DNA of 64,000 nt from Rhodosorus marinus CCMP1338 (Eukaryota > Plantae > Rhodophyta). Below the pieces are notes generated by a model, which saw only the letters and a program-made list of their open reading frames with translations, did not search any database and was not told where the DNA came from. Within the stretch, counting starts at the first letter, position 1. Each line of letters begins with the position of its first letter. Position numbers and translations under genes: made by a program. Shown here piece after piece: positions 59,755 through 64,000 of this stretch. Where the stretch lies: positions 1,488,001-1,552,000 of the forward strand of contig JAMWBK010000002.1 in assembly GCA_029953675.1 (NCBI GenBank). Reading direction: 5' to 3'.

Positions 59755-61215
59755 TCAGAAGTCCTCGGCAGCATTGTATTTGCTGAGGAAGCCCTCATGA
59801 AAGTCCATGAAGTCCTTCACGATCTGTTCAAATTCATCTTCAGGGGGCAGAATCGTCGTTCGCAAATGGAAGGTTCCTTCCTTCTGATGGAAACCTGAGC
59901 CCGGGATAGTGCAGATTCCAGTGGCGTCGAGGAGCTCCAGGCAGTACAACACATCAGGAGCAATGTCCTTCTTCTTCGCTGCTTCTACAGCTTCCGCAGG
60001 GATCTTGACGTTCGGGTAGCAGTATAAAGCTCCCTCAACAGGATTGCATGATATTCCCCTCATGGACGAGAACGCGTCGTAGATCATTTTGGCCCGACGT
60101 TTCAACGACTCCAAAATTCCGTTCGTCTCCTTGAAGTAGAGCTCGTAGGATTCGTCTCCTACCTTTGGTGGATTCACCATCATTCCAACGACGAGCATTC
60201 CCTCAACGTTGGCTGAGAGGGAGGTTGACATCACCTTGTACATCTGTTCAACTACGCCCTCCGGAATATTATGGACATGGAAAAATCCTCCTCGCCTACC
60301 GCATTCTCCGACCACCCCCTTAGAAACGGTGTGGAAAGAGATGAGCTGACAGTTCTTCGCCTCCTGGCCCATGTCCTGGACAACTTTCAGGAACGACACA
60401 AACTTTGATCCCTCCGGATATACGTTAGTCTGATAAACTTCATCGGCCAAAATCGCGATCTTTTCCCTCACGCAGAACCGAACGATTGCCTCCATATTAT
60501 TCACAGTCAAGCACTGTCCTGTTGGGTTGCCTGGGTTAATAATAACGATTGCCCTGGGCAAAACCCCGTTGCTCCGCGCTTCCTTCACGCTCCTCTCAAG
60601 TTCAGCAATAGAAAGGCCCCAGCCGGACTCTTCATCCAAGTAGTAGCTGCACTTCGTTCCATTTCGAAGCTCGATGGAAGCTGAATAGAGCGGGTACTGG
60701 GGAACGGGCGTCAAGATGCCATCGCTGCGTCCACGAATAGCGAGGAACAGACATAAAGATATACCCTGACTCGCTCCGTCTGTGAGATAGATGTCTTCGA
60801 ATTTTGCTGGGTACCCGTCGCGCTCCGTCAGGAAATCTGCAACTTCCTGTCGCACGTATGCATTGCCTCTGGAGTCCTGATACGCTCCCGTCCCTCCTGG
60901 CGTGTTCGCAATGTACGTCTTCGCCCTCTCTACAACATCCTTGGGGAAGTGTGAAGCGAGCTCTGGCTGCTCCATCAACGCCGGATAATTGACGAGGGCC
61001 AATACCTGCCTCATGAACGTAATCGGCTTCTGACCCAGAGCATGAGGATTCCCGACGTTCGTATAAATCACCTTCTTTCCACTCTCCGCGCGCTCTACGG
61101 CAGCCTGGTACAGCTTCCCTCTCACCGCGTATTCCGCCTTCAAAACATTCTCGTTCAACGTACTCCGATGCAACGCCAATTCCGTGACCTCCTCAGTCTT
61201 AAGGCCCACAGTCAT
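59755..61215 (-). CDS. AlaAT: Second alanine aminotransferase paralog without an obvious presequence; first ATG at 61215
   Basis: AEYAVRG, NVGNPH, PQYPLYSA, INPGNPTGQ, LADEVYQ, SFHTVSKG, GECGRRGG, IPGSGFHQKEGTFHLRTTILP. Confidence 0.96.
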   Translation of the reverse strand: MTVGLKTEEVTELALHRSTLNENVLKAEYAVRGKLYQAAVERAESGKKVIYTNVGNPHALGQKPITFMRQVLALVNYPALMEQPELASHFPKDVVERAKTYIANTPGGTGAYQDSRGNAYVRQEVADFLTERDGYPAKFEDIYLTDGASQGISLCLFLAIRGRSDGILTPVPQYPLYSASIELRNGTKCSYYLDEESGWGLSIAELERSVKEARSNGVLPRAIVIINPGNPTGQCLTVNNMEAIVRFCVREKIAILADEVYQTNVYPEGSKFVSFLKVVQDMGQEAKNCQLISFHTVSKGVVGECGRRGGFFHVHNIPEGVVEQMYKVMSTSLSANVEGMLVVGMMVNPPKVGDESYELYFKETNGILESLKRRAKMIYDAFSSMRGISCNPVEGALYCYPNVKIPAEAVEAAKKKDIAPDVLYCLELLDATGICTIPGSGFHQKEGTFHLRTTILPPEDEFEQIVKDFMDFHEGFLSKYNAAEDF

Positions 61216-61979
61216 CCTCCCGTACCAAAATCCAGGCCAAAAAAACAACAAAAGAAACACTCGATATCAATCAACCGAATCCCACCCTTACAATCCTTGC
61301 TTCCTACTCTCACAAACCCTTGCTCTTACTCAACACCCTCCCATTTTCACTGCTTATATACCTTGCAACCGCCATATATTTTTCTCCAATCCAAAACACA
61401 CCACATCGCTGCAGTCCCCCTTCGTTACATGTAAGAGAATGTCATTTTTTGAGGGGTTCTGATCTGCGAAAAAATGGCGATTTAGTATCATTGCACAATA
61501 TTTTTATACCGAAAACTGTTCTCGCCATTTTTCGCAGTTAGCCTTTCCATAAAATCTAAAAAATATCTTAGCTATGGTAAAATTATATTTCCAAAACTAA
61601 TCTTCATCTTATCCGATGAGCCAATTATCATCTTCTTAGCAAGATATATTTTTCGAAACATTCTATTTGCCGATATGGTTGGATGAAAAAAAGAAAAAAA
61701 GAGCGGTCGTCCTCAAATTGATTCAAGAACAGCCTTTCGATTGATTCCGATTAACCAATCATGACTCTGATGGGAGTACAAGAACGCTCGTATTTTTTTT
61801 CTAGATTTTAATTGTTCAGTTGCGTTTACACGATTTTCCTGGTTCAGGTGGATTCCATTGAAAACACGTTCGTTTCCCATGGACTGCAGATCCCACGCTT
61901 AAGAATTACTATATAGAATGATACATAACAATAAATAGGAGGAAACCCTTATCTGGAGACTGATAATGCCTCATAGTCC

Positions 61980-62687
61980 TCATCCATGTCCTAGATTTGC
62001 AGATTTGATCATAATTAAAGTGTCTTTTCCTATTTCTGTGTTGAAACGGGTCCAAACGAGTTCTATCTGGAGAGTTGTTTCTTTGTAGGGAGATGTATGA
62101 AGTGCAAGAAATCGGGTTAGGGGTTTGTGGGCAATGAGTGAACATGCTTTTCCATTGTGATTGGTCGGTCGCTCGGCCAACATGATTCACAGAGACGTCC
62201 AGCTTTGCCGTTGACCGTTTTGTCCGTAAGTTTTGGCAAAAAAAGCGATTGGTGTTCCGCTCTCGCGACGGTTGCCCAAAACCCGTGTAGTGTTTACTGA
62301 GAATGTTAACCTTGCACCGTAATCTGGCAAGGGGTCACGGGCAGGTCCTGAATAATATCGTCTGGACGGAGGATCCTGCAAGTTCATCTAGGGACTACGA
62401 CAAGCTATTCTTGTCGTGGAAATGGGCATGTGATCCCCGTACTTTGTGGTCCCCTTCACATTCGTGTTCGGTGACAATTCCCCCTGCAACCTGAAGCTAT
62501 CTGTCGCCGGTTCCGTGAAGCACGTCATCGAAGACCTGATCCTCCTGGACATGAAAAGCACATCTGTACCTTGGAGAACAGGAGTTGGCTCTTCCCTTAA
62601 TGATTCAGATTCCTGTAGACGAGCTGACGCGGGTGGTCCGGCCATGCTATGTACTCCGCATGCGTTCATCCTCACGTTCCTTTGCAT
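61980..62687 (-). mobile_element. Decayed Ty3/Gypsy RT to RNase H relic
   Basis: Three ORF-track entries share one frame broken by two stops: GTDVLFMS (cf. YxDDILIxS), TKYGDHMPISTTRIACRSP (cf. VxYLGHxISxxGIxxDP), LPDYG and GTPIAFFAK (cf. PDF...PIAFxSK). Confidence 0.55.
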
Positions 62688-63677
62688 ATATGTCCTCGCT
62701 TCCTTCAGAGAAAGCTTCGAGGGCTATATCCTAGTATTCTAGTACCTCGGTACTAGTGCAATCATTTTCAATCTATTTCGGCTCATAGAAGACCATCCAA
62801 TTGGTCAGGAATCCTAAGATGGACCAATCATGTGTACCATCACCCACCGTGCCATCCAATGGGGTCTGTCTACACGGGCTCCGTCAGTGAGCAACTTCAA
62901 TCCCCCCAGCCCTACTATAGAAGATCCGTTTATACGCGCATAACCCCCATCCAGCCCCCAAACCATTCAAAAAGTCATAGATATGAAATCTTGAAGTTGA
63001 TTGAAGGGGATGGCTACCAATCACAAACACATGCTGAGTACCGACTATTCTGAAAACCTCAACGTGTAAGTTCAAGACCCAAAATTAGAGGGTGCCCATT
63101 CAGGAGGAGGAGGAGAGGAGGAGGGGAGGAGGGGAGAGGGTGGGAGGCCTCCAATGCCATTGCACAGGCAGATTGGATCAAAACTTAACAACCCATTGAG
63201 GGGTTGATGTAGATCGTTTATCACAAATTTTGAGAATTTAAGAAAAATAAAGGGGACGTTTTCGAAACCTCGATGAACGTGTTTACCTCCTACAGCTTTT
63301 GTTTTTTAGATATTGCGTCCTATTTCACTCGCCAGTCGCAGTTAAATCCAAAACGAATTTAGGTTCTGTTTCTTAATAATGATTTATAGATGCAAGATCC
63401 ATCCCTTAATTTATTTTGAAATCGAATGAGCTGCTAGATATGTGTTGGGTTGATTGTCAGATCTAGGTGATCCCGATAATCTGACTCTCGAGAACTGGTC
63501 TTGCTTCTGTCCAGTCCCTGAGGAGAGAATATAAGGGCTTTTCGTCCTATTGTCCTTCAACGGATAGGGAGGACAGCGGGAATAGTTTTAAGCTGTCTTA
63601 TCGCATGATGTTGAAGGACTTTTTATGAACGAGGGTGTGAGATTGGAGGGGTTTCAGGGTAAAAAACTTTTTGAGGC

Positions 63678-64000
63678 ATGGCCTCGCGGTCGATTGTGCC
63701 GATCTCTAGGCCGAATGTTGGGCGGAAGGGTAGACCCGTTCGGGTTATAGCCAACCATTTCCCCGTGGAGCTCGACCCAAGCATAACGGCTTATCAGTAC
63801 AGCGTTCAGTTTTATCCAACTCAACGGCCCTTGTCTGCAGAGGTATGCCTGTTCAAAGATGTAGGGCCCCAATTCTTGGGCAATCGCTGATCTTGAAGTC
63901 CTTTTCCCTTCTTCCTCCGTTGTTTTCAAAGGACATGAATGAGGGCGGAGCTTCGAAGTCTCCGGAGGCATTCAATAGGCTTGTCCTTTCCAGTTTCACA
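63678..64000 (+). CDS. AGO: Argonaute, 5' part only (exon 1 63678-63842, exon 2 from 63932); runs off the window
   Basis: RPNVGRKGRPVRVIANHFPV...AYQYSV is the conserved eukaryotic Argonaute N-terminal motif. GTATGC...TTTTCAAAG intron, then an open frame DMNEGGASKSPEAFNRLVLSSFT. PAZ and PIWI domains are not visible. Confidence 0.75.

Overview
Eukaryotic nuclear DNA with short GT-AG introns (73-177 nt in the genes I spliced by hand). It is most likely from a red alga. That is an inference from the M-x-x-F-V plastid transit peptide on an Hsp33, the style of the bZIP and C2H2 proteins and the intron size; I cannot name the species. Host genes: eIF1/SUI1, an 8-exon monodehydroascorbate reductase, three small TM + RING-H2 E3 ligases, a C2H2 zinc-finger protein, two bZIP proteins, a PPR-like protein, plastid Hsp33, a DUF2254 membrane protein, a two-domain glycosyltransferase, two tandem alanine aminotransferases and the 5' end of an Argonaute. 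About 8-45 kb is gene-sparse and littered with decayed Ty3/Gypsy relics. It also holds one much fresher 2.9-kb patchwork: gag(-), RNase H(+), integrase(-) and the 3' end of an RLE-type non-LTR element(+). The most novel item is invisible in the ORF track because it is spliced: a 4-exon, 296-aa protein with three copies of a CPH-x2-C-x11-13-HL-x2-C-x3-C-x7-15-C-x-HL Cys/His repeat fused to a C-terminal bZIP. All splice models and family calls come from manual translation and motif recognition; no database was searched.
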